From an uncultured Spirochaetales bacterium (GTDB lineage: Bacteria; Spirochaetota; Spirochaetia; DSM-27196; DATKUC01): a stretch of DNA of 64,000 bases. Under the pieces are notes generated by a model that worked only from the letters and a program-made list of their open reading frames with translations, searched no databases and was not told the DNA's origin. The DNA lies in the NCBI GenBank assembly GCA_964553615.1, contig CAZKMA010000008.1:27667-91666 (forward strand). The letters are read 5' to 3'. Each line of letters starts with the position of its first letter. Within the stretch, counting starts at the first letter, position 1. The translations under genes and the position numbers were made by a program. Below, piece after piece: positions 1-9,839 of the stretch.

Positions 1-1
1 G

Positions 2-118
2 GAGAAAGTCTTTGTCTCCATGGCGGACCTCCGTGCTGAAATTGATGCCCTCGAAACGGTTATTCCCGCGGAGTTCTACCCGTATCCGACGTACGAAGAC
101 ATGCTGTTCAGGTTCTAG
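2..118 (+). CDS. 3' end of a CDS entering from upstream (...AEFYPYPTYEDMLFRF*); possibly the C-terminus of a type III glutamine synthetase
   Basis: The frame is open from the window edge to TAG 116-118 and is followed by a strong intrinsic terminator. The family guess rests only on my recollection of GSIII C-termini. Confidence 0.35.
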   Translation, partial: EKVFVSMADLRAEIDALETVIPAEFYPYPTYEDMLFRF

Positions 119-138
119 GACTCGCTCAAAATAACTTG

Positions 139-172
139 AAAGGCCGGCATCTACGCCGGCCTTTCGTTTTTT
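139..172 (+). terminator. Rho-independent terminator
   Basis: AAAGGCCGGC-atctac-GCCGGCCTTT forms a 10-bp stem and is followed by cgTTTTTT. Confidence 0.8.
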
Positions 173-215
173 CGATACTTGTCCGTTTGTCGGGCCCTCC
201 CTCACTTCATCGCCC

Positions 216-266
216 TTGACGACGCCTGATTTATCTGTTACATTACTTCACGTAATTTGTGTAACA
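216..266 (+). promoter_or_regulatory. Putative promoter overlapping a 31-bp imperfect palindrome upstream of the recombinase gene
   Basis: TTGACG (216-221), a 17-nt spacer, then TACATT (239-244). The palindrome is TGTTACA(236-242)-N17-TGTAACA(260-266) with an inner TTAC/GTAA pair. Confidence 0.35.
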
Positions 267-297
267 TAGCGCACTACAGCGCAGAAGTCGTGATAGC

Positions 298-1224
298 GTG
301 AGGTGGGACAAGTTGACCGGACAAGACAAACTGCTGAGAGAACTTGAAGACATTCGTGACGGGTATCAGATCGACGTCAAACAATTCATTACATTCGTAA
401 AAGACCGACATCTTCCATTCGTCGACTCACTGACGGAATACGCTGCGTGGCTTGACGAGAACCATGACGGAAAGCACTACAGCCCCGCCACTATCAACCG
501 CAAGATTGCAGCTGCGAAAAGCAGGATTCGTTACGCGTTCAAGCACAGCTCATCCGCTGACAGCCTCAGCAAGAAGTATCAACTCGAAGAGGTTCTCAAG
601 GGAGTAAAGCTCAAGCGAATAGACGGCTTCTCAGTGCCGATGGAAAAAATTTTGAGCGTTGAAGAGGTCCGAAAGTTCATCCGGGAAACCAAGGATACGA
701 CAATTCGGCTCATGGTACGGTTTCTCATCGGCACCGGTGTCCGCATTTCCGAAATGCTTGCCATAGAGCTGTCGGATCTTCATCCGGCCGATAAGGATTT
801 TCTTACAATTCGAATCGTTGGCAAACGGGGAAAAGAGAGAAGAGTCCACGCGAAAACGAAGTTCATTGAAAGCATCTGCAGCCATTTTCACGGGACCACC
901 TACCTCTTCGAGCATCACGGACGGCCATTCAGCCGCGTTTCGGTGACGAACCGGATCAAGCACGAATCGTTGAAGACAATCGGGCGCGAAGTCACTGCCC
1001 ACCAGCTCCGGCACACCTGGGCGGTAATTCAGATTCAGTGCGGAAAGGATGTAAGCGCCGTTGCCAGTGCGCTCGGGCATTCAGATCCGGGTCTGACGGC
1101 TCGCATGTATGCCGACAAGACTCTCAAACCTGACGAGGCGTTTCTTGACATTCAGGAGTCGGAGACAACAAATAAAGGAAGAACCGAGGAAAAGCCCTCG
1201 CCGAAAGAACGCCGCGTCTTATAG
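298..1224 (+). CDS. Tyrosine recombinase / phage-integrase family (XerC/D-like)
   Basis: 308 aa with a GTG start. The C-terminal catalytic region shows HQLRHTWA...LGHSDPGLTARMY (the H-x-x-R ... Y signature). There is an N-terminal SAM-like core-binding region. Confidence 0.8.
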   Translation: MRWDKLTGQDKLLRELEDIRDGYQIDVKQFITFVKDRHLPFVDSLTEYAAWLDENHDGKHYSPATINRKIAAAKSRIRYAFKHSSSADSLSKKYQLEEVLKGVKLKRIDGFSVPMEKILSVEEVRKFIRETKDTTIRLMVRFLIGTGVRISEMLAIELSDLHPADKDFLTIRIVGKRGKERRVHAKTKFIESICSHFHGTTYLFEHHGRPFSRVSVTNRIKHESLKTIGREVTAHQLRHTWAVIQIQCGKDVSAVASALGHSDPGLTARMYADKTLKPDEAFLDIQESETTNKGRTEEKPSPKERRVL

Positions 1225-1389
1225 CCCGCTCATCCAGTCGCATCTGCTCCATCGTCGCCGTCAACCAGGCATGCGAGCGTTCTGTCGAATCGCTGCGTCG
1301 GCGCACTTCAGGTCAAATCGGTCCTTGCGGCCGGCCGGATTTCCTACTATCATTGTATGTGATTAAGTACCGTCTGCCGGGAGGCTGAT

Positions 1390-3198
1390 ATGAAAAAGTG
1401 TGTTCTTTTTCTTCTGATTCTCGTCCTGGTTTCGGCGGCTGCCTTCGGGGCACCGAGAATCATCGTTTCTCATGCGCTCAGTGTTCACGGTGAACCGAAG
1501 TATCCGGCAGGATTTACGCACTTCGACTATGTAAATCCCAATGCACCGAAGGGTGGAACGCTGCGAGCGCACGTTATCGGCACTTACGACAACTTCAATC
1601 GGTTCGCACAACGAGGCGACCCTGCGGCATCCAGCTCCTCATTCTATGACACGCTGATGACCCAGTCCGAAGACGAGATCGATGTCTACTACGGCCTTGT
1701 CGCCCAGAAGGTTGAATACCCGGAGGACTATTCGTGGATCATTTTTCACATTGATCCGCGGGCCCGTTTTCAGGATGGAACACCCATTACGGCGGCAGAT
1801 GTCGTCTACAGCTACAATAAATTCCTTGCCGAAGGAGTTCCGCAATTCAAACTCTCCTACGCCGGAGTTCAGAAGGTGGAGGCGTTGGACTCCAGACGGG
1901 TGAAATTCACTCTCAAGGAGGGAGATCGGGCGCTCATGGTCTCTCTTGCGGGTTTGACTATCCTCCCGAAACAATTCTGGCAAAATCGGAATCTTGCAGA
2001 ACCACTCATCCAGATCCCCATGGGATCCGGGGCCTACACCGTGAAGGATTATAAGATGGGAGAGTACGTGCTCTACGAACGGCGCTCGGATTATTGGGCA
2101 AAGGATCTCCCGGCATTGAAGGGTCAGCTCAATTTCGATTTTGTGCGTTACGACTATTATCGGGACGAGACGGTCGCCTTCGAAGCGTTCAAGGCCGGCG
2201 AATATGATCTATACCAGGAGAATATCGCCAAGAATTGGGCGACACTCTACACGGGAAAGAATTTTGATGAGGGTTACATCACCAAACAGGAAATTCCGCA
2301 TCAGATCCCTTTGCCCATGCAGGCCTTCACCTTCAACATACAACGGCCAATGTTTGCCGACCGGAGAGTTCGCGAGGCGCTCGGATACGCTCTCGATTTT
2401 GAATGGATGAATAAGAATCTGTTCTACGGGCAGTACACACGAGTGCGCAGCTACTTTGCCAACACCGAGTACGAAGCAAAGGGACTGCCCGGACCGGACG
2501 AGCTGAAGATCCTTGAACCGATCAGGGACAAGGTGCCGGCAGAGGTGTTCACCACCGAATATGATCCCCCCGTTACCGATGGGTCGGGCAACATTCGGAA
2601 TCAGATACGAACCGCACTCCGTCTGTTCAAGTCAGCGGGGTGGGAGATACGGAATCAGAAACTCGTCAACGTGAAGACCGGCAAGCCGATGGAATTCGAG
2701 CTCATGATCTACAGTCCCTCGATGCAGCGAATTGCCCTCCCCATTCAGAAAAATCTCGAACGAATGGGTGTTACCATGAATATCCGTATGGTGGACACGA
2801 GCCAGTACCTGAATCGTGCGCACGATCGCGATTTTGATCTCATTGACTGGGGTTACTCGGCGAATCCATATCCGAGCATCGATCTGCGAATTGTGTGGCG
2901 TTCGAATTTCCTGGACTCCACCTACAACATGGCCGGTGTCCAGGACCCGGCGGTTGACTATCTGATTGACGGTATCATTGCAAACCAGGATAACGAGAAA
3001 GCTCTTCTCTCATGGGGCCGCGCACTTGACCGGGTACTTACGTGGAACTTCTATGTCATGCCGATGTGGAATCTCTCCAAGTTTCGTATTGCGTACTGGA
3101 ACAAGTTCGACCGGCCGGCGATTCGGCCGAAATACTCTCTCGGAATAGACAGCTGGTGGATTGATCCAGCAAAAGAAGCCAGACTCCCCTCGAGATAG
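1390..3198 (+). CDS. yejA: ABC transporter substrate-binding protein, family 5 (YejA-like peptide/microcin C type)
   Basis: 602 aa with a signal peptide ([20 protein letters not shown]). Its length and motifs are typical of SBP_bac_5, and it is the first gene of a 4-gene yejABEF-type arrangement. GGGAGG RBS upstream. Confidence 0.8.
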   Translation: MKKCVLFLLILVLVSAAAFGAPRIIVSHALSVHGEPKYPAGFTHFDYVNPNAPKGGTLRAHVIGTYDNFNRFAQRGDPAASSSSFYDTLMTQSEDEIDVYYGLVAQKVEYPEDYSWIIFHIDPRARFQDGTPITAADVVYSYNKFLAEGVPQFKLSYAGVQKVEALDSRRVKFTLKEGDRALMVSLAGLTILPKQFWQNRNLAEPLIQIPMGSGAYTVKDYKMGEYVLYERRSDYWAKDLPALKGQLNFDFVRYDYYRDETVAFEAFKAGEYDLYQENIAKNWATLYTGKNFDEGYITKQEIPHQIPLPMQAFTFNIQRPMFADRRVREALGYALDFEWMNKNLFYGQYTRVRSYFANTEYEAKGLPGPDELKILEPIRDKVPAEVFTTEYDPPVTDGSGNIRNQIRTALRLFKSAGWEIRNQKLVNVKTGKPMEFELMIYSPSMQRIALPIQKNLERMGVTMNIRMVDTSQYLNRAHDRDFDLIDWGYSANPYPSIDLRIVWRSNFLDSTYNMAGVQDPAVDYLIDGIIANQDNEKALLSWGRALDRVLTWNFYVMPMWNLSKFRIAYWNKFDRPAIRPKYSLGIDSWWIDPAKEARLPSR

Positions 3199-3211
3199 TT
3201 TCGGAGGACCG

Positions 3212-4327
3212 GTGGCAAGATACATTGCGCGTCGTCTGTTATTCATGATACCGACCCTCTGGGCAATCGTTACACTGAACTTCTTCATTGTTCAGATTGC
3301 CCCCGGAGGACCGGTCGATCAGGCAGTTGCCCGGATGAGCGGCATAAGCTCCAACCCCGCCATGGAGCAGATCTCCGGCCAGGGGCGGAAGGAAGTAAGC
3401 CAGGCAAAAGCCGTGGATGCGACCGGAAACAAGCAGCAGGCGAACGCCTACCGGGGAGCTCGTGGCCTCGATCCCGAAGTCATTGCGGAAATACGCAAGC
3501 GGTTCGGATTCGACAAGCCGCTCCTTGTGCGATACTTTGAGATGCTGCATCGTTACCTCGTGTTCGACTTCGGCGACAGTCTCTTCAAGGGGCGAACCGT
3601 TATCCAGTTGATTGTCGAACGGCTGCCCGTCTCTCTTTCCATTGGCCTGTGGAGCACACTCATAATCTACCTGGTCTCAATTCCGCTTGGAATCCGCAAA
3701 GCGGTGAAACACGGCAGCAGGTTCGATCTGTGGACGAGCACAACCATAATTCTTGGTACGGCGATCCCGACATTCCTCTTTGCCATAGTGCTGATAATTC
3801 TCTTCGCGGGGGGCTCCTATCTGCAGATCTTCCCGCTTCGTGGCCTGGTATCGGACAATTTCGACACGCTCACCCTCTTCGGAAAAATTGCGGACTATGC
3901 CCATCACATGGCTCTTCCTATCATATCGATGGTCATTGGTGGATTTGCCACACTCACCATGCTGACAAAGAATTCGTTTCTCGACGAAATCAACAAACAG
4001 TACGTCATGACCGCGCGTGCAAAAGGACTCACGGAGAAGAATATTCTCCGGAAACATGTGTTCCGAAATGCAATGCTGCTCGTCATTGCAGGCTTTCCCG
4101 CGGCATTCATAGGCATGTTCTTTGCCGGTTCGGTTCTCATTGAAGTGATTTTCTCCCTCAATGGCCTCGGATTGCTCGGATTCGAGGCAACCATGCAGCG
4201 GGACTATCCGGTCATGTTCGGCACGCTCTACATGTTCACGCTGCTCGGACTGGTGCTCGGTCTGATCAGTGACCTGACCTACACCCTGGTCGATCCGCGG
4301 ATCGACTTCGAGTCGAGGCGCACGTGA
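3212..4327 (+). CDS. yejB: ABC transporter permease (YejB-like)
   Basis: Polytopic membrane protein of the BPD_transp_1 type. I prefer the GTG at 3212, 4 nt after a GGAGGA RBS, over the ORF-track start at 3161, which overlaps yejA. Confidence 0.75.
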   Translation: MARYIARRLLFMIPTLWAIVTLNFFIVQIAPGGPVDQAVARMSGISSNPAMEQISGQGRKEVSQAKAVDATGNKQQANAYRGARGLDPEVIAEIRKRFGFDKPLLVRYFEMLHRYLVFDFGDSLFKGRTVIQLIVERLPVSLSIGLWSTLIIYLVSIPLGIRKAVKHGSRFDLWTSTTIILGTAIPTFLFAIVLIILFAGGSYLQIFPLRGLVSDNFDTLTLFGKIADYAHHMALPIISMVIGGFATLTMLTKNSFLDEINKQYVMTARAKGLTEKNILRKHVFRNAMLLVIAGFPAAFIGMFFAGSVLIEVIFSLNGLGLLGFEATMQRDYPVMFGTLYMFTLLGLVLGLISDLTYTLVDPRIDFESRRT

Positions 4328-5358
4328 TGAAGGGGCTCACAGTCAGCGCGCTCACCAAGGAGCGGCTGCGCCGTTTCCGGGCAAACCGCCGCGGGTTTAT
4401 ATCACTCTGGATATTCCTGATTCTGTTCATCGTGAGTCTTTTTGCGGAGTTCCTGGCGAATGATGTCCCGCTCTACATCCACTACGACGGCAAATCATAT
4501 TTCCCGGTCTTTCGTGAGTACTCCGAGAAGAGTTTCGGAGGAGAGTTTGCCACAACCGCCGACTACCGCGATTCCTACGTCACCGATCTCATAAACAAGA
4601 AAGGCTGGATCCTCTGGCCGCCAATCAAATTCAAGTACAACACCATCAACTACGACCTCCCGAGTCCGGCGCCCTCCCCTCCTACTTCCACCAACCTTCT
4701 CGGCACCGACGAGAAGGGACGTGACGTGCTGGCAATAATCATCTACGGTTTCAGGCTGTCGGTCCTCTTTGGCTTGACGCTCAGCTTCTTCTCCTCAGCC
4801 ATTGGAGTTGCGGTCGGTGCAATACAGGGGTATTACGGCGGACGCATAGACATAGTCGGTCAGCGAGTCATTGAAGTGTGGTCGGGAATGCCGACGCTCT
4901 TCCTGCTCATCATACTTTCGAGTGTGGTTCAGCCAAACTTCTGGTGGCTGCTCCTGATTACATTGCTTTTTGGATGGATGGGGCTGGTCGGGGTCGTGCG
5001 CGCCGAGTTCCTGCGGACGCGCAATTTTGAGTACGTTCTTGCGGCGCGGGCGCTTGGTGCCACTGACGGCCGGATTATTTTCAGGCATATTCTGCCAAAT
5101 GCAATGATTGCCACATTGACCTTCCTGCCATTCATCCTCGGCGGGTCAATCACCACTCTCACATCACTCGACTTTCTCGGCTTCGGTATGCCGGTTGGGT
5201 CCCCTTCTCTCGGGGATCTCCTTGCACAGGGCAAGTCGAACCTTCAGGCTCCATGGCTCGGAATTACTGCATTCGCCGTTCTTGCCGGAACCCTCTGTCT
5301 GTTGGTCTTTGTCGGAGAGGCGGTACGCGACGCATTTGATCCGCGGAGGGCCGTATGA
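4324..5358 (+). CDS. yejE: ABC transporter permease (YejE-like)
   Basis: 344 aa polytopic protein of the DppC/OppC-like permease type. It has 4-nt ATGA overlaps with both neighbouring genes. Confidence 0.75.
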   Translation: MMKGLTVSALTKERLRRFRANRRGFISLWIFLILFIVSLFAEFLANDVPLYIHYDGKSYFPVFREYSEKSFGGEFATTADYRDSYVTDLINKKGWILWPPIKFKYNTINYDLPSPAPSPPTSTNLLGTDEKGRDVLAIIIYGFRLSVLFGLTLSFFSSAIGVAVGAIQGYYGGRIDIVGQRVIEVWSGMPTLFLLIILSSVVQPNFWWLLLITLLFGWMGLVGVVRAEFLRTRNFEYVLAARALGATDGRIIFRHILPNAMIATLTFLPFILGGSITTLTSLDFLGFGMPVGSPSLGDLLAQGKSNLQAPWLGITAFAVLAGTLCLLVFVGEAVRDAFDPRRAV

Positions 5359-6965
5359 CCATGCCATCGGCCACAGAAGGCGATATACTGCTCCAGATTC
5401 AAGACCTTCGGGTGGCATTCCGGAAGGGGGGTGCACTCAACGAAGTTGTTCACGGGGTGGATATAATGATCCGACAGCACGAGACCGTTGCGCTTGTCGG
5501 TGAGAGTGGTTCGGGAAAGACCGTTACCGCACAGGCAATCCTGCGCCTGCTGCCGGAAACGCACATTGCCTACCCTGCCGGGAATATCCTCTTCAGAGGT
5601 CGGAATCTTCTGGCCGGGCCGCCCGAAGGACTTCTTTCGGTCCGCGGAAATGAGATAGGCATGATTTTCCAGGAACCGATGTCGTCGCTCAATCCGCTGC
5701 ACACGGTTGAAAAACAGCTCGTGGAAACGATCAACCTCCATCGACATGCAGCACCCGATGCCCGCAATATCAGTCTGGACTGGTTGCGCAGAGTCGGCCT
5801 CGGGGATCCGGAAAAAAAACTCGCCTCCTACCCCCACCAGCTCTCCGGTGGTGAGCGCCAGCGAGTCATGATTGCCATGGCGCTCGCGAACGAACCTGCG
5901 CTTCTCATCGCTGATGAGCCGACTACTGCACTGGACGTTACCATCCAGGCACAGATCCTGGATCTCATCAAATCACTGCAGCGTGAACTTGGAATGGCAG
6001 TGCTTTTCATAACGCATGACCTCGGGATAGTACGCCGCATTGCGGACCGGGTCGCGGTGATGCACGACGGTCTGATCGTCGAGACGGCAACAACGCACGG
6101 TATTTTTCACGCCCCGGCTCACGAATATACGCGAACGCTGTTGAATGCCGAGCCGACCGAAGATCCACCGCCCTCCGACATGACGCTTCCGGTTCTTCTC
6201 GAGGCACGGGGAATGAAGGTCTGGTTTCCAATTCAACACGGTTTCCTTCGCAGGACGACCGGCCACGTGAAAGCGGTGGATGGAATTGACCTCGAAGTTC
6301 GCCGTGGCCAGACAATTGGAATTGCCGGGGAGAGCGGTTCGGGAAAGACCACTCTCGGCCGCGCGCTTCTGCGGCTCGTAAAAGGTGAAGGGGAAATGAA
6401 ATTCGAGGGGCGGAGTGTCGACCGGCTCCGGGAGGAAGATCTGCGCCCGCTTCGACGACGCATGCAGATCATCTTCCAGGACCCCTACGGCAGTCTGAAC
6501 CCGCGCATGTCGGTTGCCGGAATTATCGGCGAGGGACTGGATATCAACCGTATCGGCACCCCCATCGAACGAGAGGCTGCAATCCGTTCATCCATGGAGG
6601 AGGTCGGTCTGGATCCCGGGATCCGTGACCGCTATCCGCATGAGTTTTCAGGGGGACAACGTCAGCGGATAGCGCTGGCGCGAGCGCTGGTCCTCAAACC
6701 TGCGTTGCTTGTCCTTGACGAGCCAACATCATCCCTGGACCGGACAATCCAGTTTCAGGTGATTACCCTGCTGCGCGAGCTGCAGGCACGGCACGGGTTG
6801 AGCTATATCTTCATCAGCCATGACCTCAAGGTGCTGAAGGCGCTGTGCCACGATCTGGTGATCATGCGAAACGGGAAGGTCGTGGAATCCGGCCCGGCTG
6901 CGAAGATATTTCGTGAGCCGCAGCACCCGTACACGCGCGAACTGCTTGCTACTGCGTTCGGATAG
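5355..6965 (+). CDS. yejF: Fused double ATP-binding-cassette protein (YejF-like)
   Basis: 536 aa with two Walker A motifs (GESGSGKT twice), two LSGG signatures (LSGGERQR, FSGGQRQR) and two Walker B motifs. Confidence 0.85.
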   Translation: MTMPSATEGDILLQIQDLRVAFRKGGALNEVVHGVDIMIRQHETVALVGESGSGKTVTAQAILRLLPETHIAYPAGNILFRGRNLLAGPPEGLLSVRGNEIGMIFQEPMSSLNPLHTVEKQLVETINLHRHAAPDARNISLDWLRRVGLGDPEKKLASYPHQLSGGERQRVMIAMALANEPALLIADEPTTALDVTIQAQILDLIKSLQRELGMAVLFITHDLGIVRRIADRVAVMHDGLIVETATTHGIFHAPAHEYTRTLLNAEPTEDPPPSDMTLPVLLEARGMKVWFPIQHGFLRRTTGHVKAVDGIDLEVRRGQTIGIAGESGSGKTTLGRALLRLVKGEGEMKFEGRSVDRLREEDLRPLRRRMQIIFQDPYGSLNPRMSVAGIIGEGLDINRIGTPIEREAAIRSSMEEVGLDPGIRDRYPHEFSGGQRQRIALARALVLKPALLVLDEPTSSLDRTIQFQVITLLRELQARHGLSYIFISHDLKVLKALCHDLVIMRNGKVVESGPAAKIFREPQHPYTRELLATAFG

Positions 6966-6989
6966 CGCAACAGTGATGAGATCGGACAG

Positions 6990-7017
6990 TTGACTCCGCA
7001 TATGTAACGGATATAAT
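6990..7017 (+). promoter_or_regulatory. Sigma-70-type promoter placed to give a leaderless or near-leaderless mRNA
   Basis: TTGACT (6990-6995), a 16-nt spacer, then TATAAT (7012-7017). The only possible ATG, at 7025, lies 7 nt after the -10, and there is no SD sequence. Confidence 0.5.
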
Positions 7018-7024
7018 CATTATT

Positions 7025-8515
7025 ATGTCGAATTCCTCAACCGCGCTTCGTCGGAAAATATCAGTCGGCTTCACCAATCCGGTACCTCGCGGGGAATCAG
7101 GTTCCCGGCGCGCTGCCATTACCGCTTTTGCTCTCCTGTGCCTCACGGTAACACCCGTTCAGTCAATTGCCGCCCAGACCTCTGCTGCGGCTTCCGTCCC
7201 CTGGAATCCGGACCCTGCAATTGCCGCATTCAGTGGTAATTCGCTCAGCTGGGAGCAGGAAGCACGACTCAGCCTCGTCGCTTCGGGCACAGCAGCGCAG
7301 AGCATTCCACAGTACCTCGAGCGGCTCCGCACCGTGGTGCGCAACGCTCGGGCCGCCACCGAGGGCATGAAACCGCCTGAGGCCGCAGACAAACTGCTGC
7401 AGTTCCTTCATTCCGGAACATTCAGGAATTACCGCTTCGGACAGACACGGGTGGACGTTCTGCTCGACACAGGCACATTCAACTGCGTCTCATCCGCGGT
7501 CGTCTACAACCTGACCGCCCAGGCGCTTGGTCTGAAGACCGGCGCGGTCGAAACAACGGACCACGCGTTTTCCACGGTCATCTTTCCGGATCGGACCGTG
7601 GACGTAGAGACTACGACAGCACTTGGATTCGACCCCGGCAAGAAACGAGAGTTTCACAACGCATTTGGAAAGCTTACCGGTTTCGCGTATGTGCCCACCG
7701 GCAACTACGCTAACCGGCGAACAATCGATTTCCGCGGCCTCGTGGCCCTCGTGCTCAAGAACCGCATGGCGGAAGCACAGGATCGGGGAGACGACAGGAG
7801 TCCAATCGGTCTTGCCTGGGACATATGGGCTCTGGAAAAGAGTCAGGATGCGAAACGACTTGTCATTCAGAGTTTTTCAAACTATCTTGCCGCGCTGAAC
7901 GGCCGGCGTGAGTATGAGCAGGCGCTCTCCATTGTTGACCGGCTTGAATCCGTATTCGGCAGAGATGCAAAGACTGATTCGCTTGCAGCCGCGTTCGCAC
8001 AGAACCTCATCGTTGCACGGATGTCGTCCGGGAACTTCTCCGGAGCACGGGATGCCGTCGCGAAATGGGGCGACCGGACATCCCGCCCGAAATCCAAATG
8101 GCAGGAAATGATTCTTGCAGCGCAGGCTCAGTCGATTTACCGCACGGACGGATGGCAACCGGCGATGAATTGGCTTGAAAGAACTGCCGGACATACCAGC
8201 CACGAAATTTTTGCCTCCAGGACGTCTCTTACGCTCGAGGAGCTGCAGAAACGAATGTCGGGAAAAGACTGGAGCGCCGTGCTGAAGTTCTGGAACTCGC
8301 TTCCGGTGGATCTGAAGGCCGAAGGGCAGATCAAACAGGTCGGCACTATTCTCGAATACAACTTGAGTGTTGACTACCACAACCGCTTCGCCGCGCTCAT
8401 GAACCGTCGAATGAAGAACGAGGCAACGGCCGTGCTGGATGAGGGGCTGAAGCGCTTTCCAACGAGCTCAATTCTCCTGAACGATCAGAGACAGCTGCAA
8501 AGAATGTCGCAATAG
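7025..8515 (+). CDS. Secreted transglutaminase-like (Cys-His-Asp) protein with a C-terminal helical/TPR-like region
   Basis: 496 aa with an N-terminal signal-like segment (AITAFALLCLTVTPVQSIAA). The core GTFNCVSSAVVYNL...TTDHAFSTVIF...VDVETT fits the transglutaminase-like C/H/D fold pattern. Confidence 0.55.
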   Translation: MSNSSTALRRKISVGFTNPVPRGESGSRRAAITAFALLCLTVTPVQSIAAQTSAAASVPWNPDPAIAAFSGNSLSWEQEARLSLVASGTAAQSIPQYLERLRTVVRNARAATEGMKPPEAADKLLQFLHSGTFRNYRFGQTRVDVLLDTGTFNCVSSAVVYNLTAQALGLKTGAVETTDHAFSTVIFPDRTVDVETTTALGFDPGKKREFHNAFGKLTGFAYVPTGNYANRRTIDFRGLVALVLKNRMAEAQDRGDDRSPIGLAWDIWALEKSQDAKRLVIQSFSNYLAALNGRREYEQALSIVDRLESVFGRDAKTDSLAAAFAQNLIVARMSSGNFSGARDAVAKWGDRTSRPKSKWQEMILAAQAQSIYRTDGWQPAMNWLERTAGHTSHEIFASRTSLTLEELQKRMSGKDWSAVLKFWNSLPVDLKAEGQIKQVGTILEYNLSVDYHNRFAALMNRRMKNEATAVLDEGLKRFPTSSILLNDQRQLQRMSQ

Positions 8516-8559
8516 GAAAACCCCTGGACAACAGTTCGCCCATTGCCGGCGGGTCCACT

Positions 8560-9771
8560 CTACATGACCTGAAGGATGTAGCCCTTCAGATATTCCGACT
8601 CGGGAAAGGAGAGCCGGATGGGGTGATCCGGCCCCTGCGATAGCGTCTCGAGAATTCGAACCTCCCGTCCTGCATCCTTCGCCGCCCAGGCAATTGCGGT
8701 ACGGAACTGATCCCGGCTGATCCTCCCTGAGCATGAGAACGACGCGAGAATCCCTCCCTCGGAAATCAGGCGCAGGGCGCTGAGATTCAAGTCCTTGTAT
8801 CCGCGAAGGGCAACTTCAATGCCCGCACGAGTAGTTGCGAGCTTTGGAGGATCAAGGATTATCAGGTCGAAAGATCGCTTCGCGGACCGATACTCTCTCA
8901 GTTTCTGAAATACGTCGCCCCGATCCAGTTCCCACGCAGCGCCGCTCATGCCGTTTGCCACACGGTCGCGCTCTGCGGCCAGCAGCGCGTCCGCCGATGA
9001 CTCAAGGAGCGTCAATTCACGCGCGCCCGCACGCGTGGCATGGAGGGAGAATGCACCCGAGTAGCTGAATGCGTCCAGGACCAGTTTCCCCTCGGCATAC
9101 GCCGCAACACGCGCGCGGTTGAACCTCTGGTCGAAGTAGAAGCCGCCTTTCTGGCCTGAACGGATTGAACATCCAATTTTGATCCCCTGATCTACAATCT
9201 CAACCAGGTCGGGCGGCTCTTCGCCCCACAACAGCCCGCTCACCTGTTCCAGCCGCTCGAGCCGGCGGACCTCCGAGTCGCTCCGCTCGTAGATTCCTGA
9301 GAGCGGTCTGCCGGTCCGGGAGCTTGCCTCCTGAATGGCCAGGACGACGAGGTCCTTTCGCAGGTCAACTGCAGCAGTCGTAATCTGGACCACTGCATAC
9401 GGTCCGTAAAAATCCACGACCAATCCCGGGAGCCCGTCCGCCTCTCCATACACCCCACGAACGCCGTCTTCCTGCAGGAGCTTCCCCCGGGAGACAAACG
9501 ACCGGTGCACCCGGTCTATCCACCACTCGGTATCGACGCTTTCAGCCTGGGACCAGGAGACAAGACGAACTGGCGTCGAAGAATCCGGATTAAAGAAACC
9601 CTGTGCGACGAAGTTGCCTGCACTGTCCAGAACTGAGATGACATCGCCCTTCCCGGGACTTCCCTCAATTCGCGCAATAGCGCCGGAAAATATCCACGGA
9701 TGATGTGAACGTGGCAGTCTGTCCTTTCCGCGGCGGAGGATGGCACATGCATTGTATTCCGACATTTTCAC
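8560..9771 (-). CDS. rlmI: Class I SAM-dependent 23S rRNA m5C methyltransferase (RlmI-like, PUA plus MTase)
   Basis: 403 aa. The N-terminus shows a PUA-like HPWIFSGAI, followed by an MTase core (LDAFSYSGAFSL, IILDPPK). Confidence 0.7.
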   Translation of the reverse strand: MKMSEYNACAILRRGKDRLPRSHHPWIFSGAIARIEGSPGKGDVISVLDSAGNFVAQGFFNPDSSTPVRLVSWSQAESVDTEWWIDRVHRSFVSRGKLLQEDGVRGVYGEADGLPGLVVDFYGPYAVVQITTAAVDLRKDLVVLAIQEASSRTGRPLSGIYERSDSEVRRLERLEQVSGLLWGEEPPDLVEIVDQGIKIGCSIRSGQKGGFYFDQRFNRARVAAYAEGKLVLDAFSYSGAFSLHATRAGARELTLLESSADALLAAERDRVANGMSGAAWELDRGDVFQKLREYRSAKRSFDLIILDPPKLATTRAGIEVALRGYKDLNLSALRLISEGGILASFSCSGRISRDQFRTAIAWAAKDAGREVRILETLSQGPDHPIRLSFPESEYLKGYILQVM

Positions 9772-9839
9772 CTGCTTTTCCCGGTCATTCGGACGGAGTA
9801 CATTCTAAGACAACGAATCAGGAAACGGAAGGAGTGCGA

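Noticed and set aside
1-1390. The integrase as a marker of a prophage or genomic island.
   Set aside because: There are no neighbouring phage, IS or cargo genes, no adjacent tRNA and no flanking direct repeats. Both flanks are core metabolism/transport genes. I treat it as a lone recombinase (see the palindrome finding).
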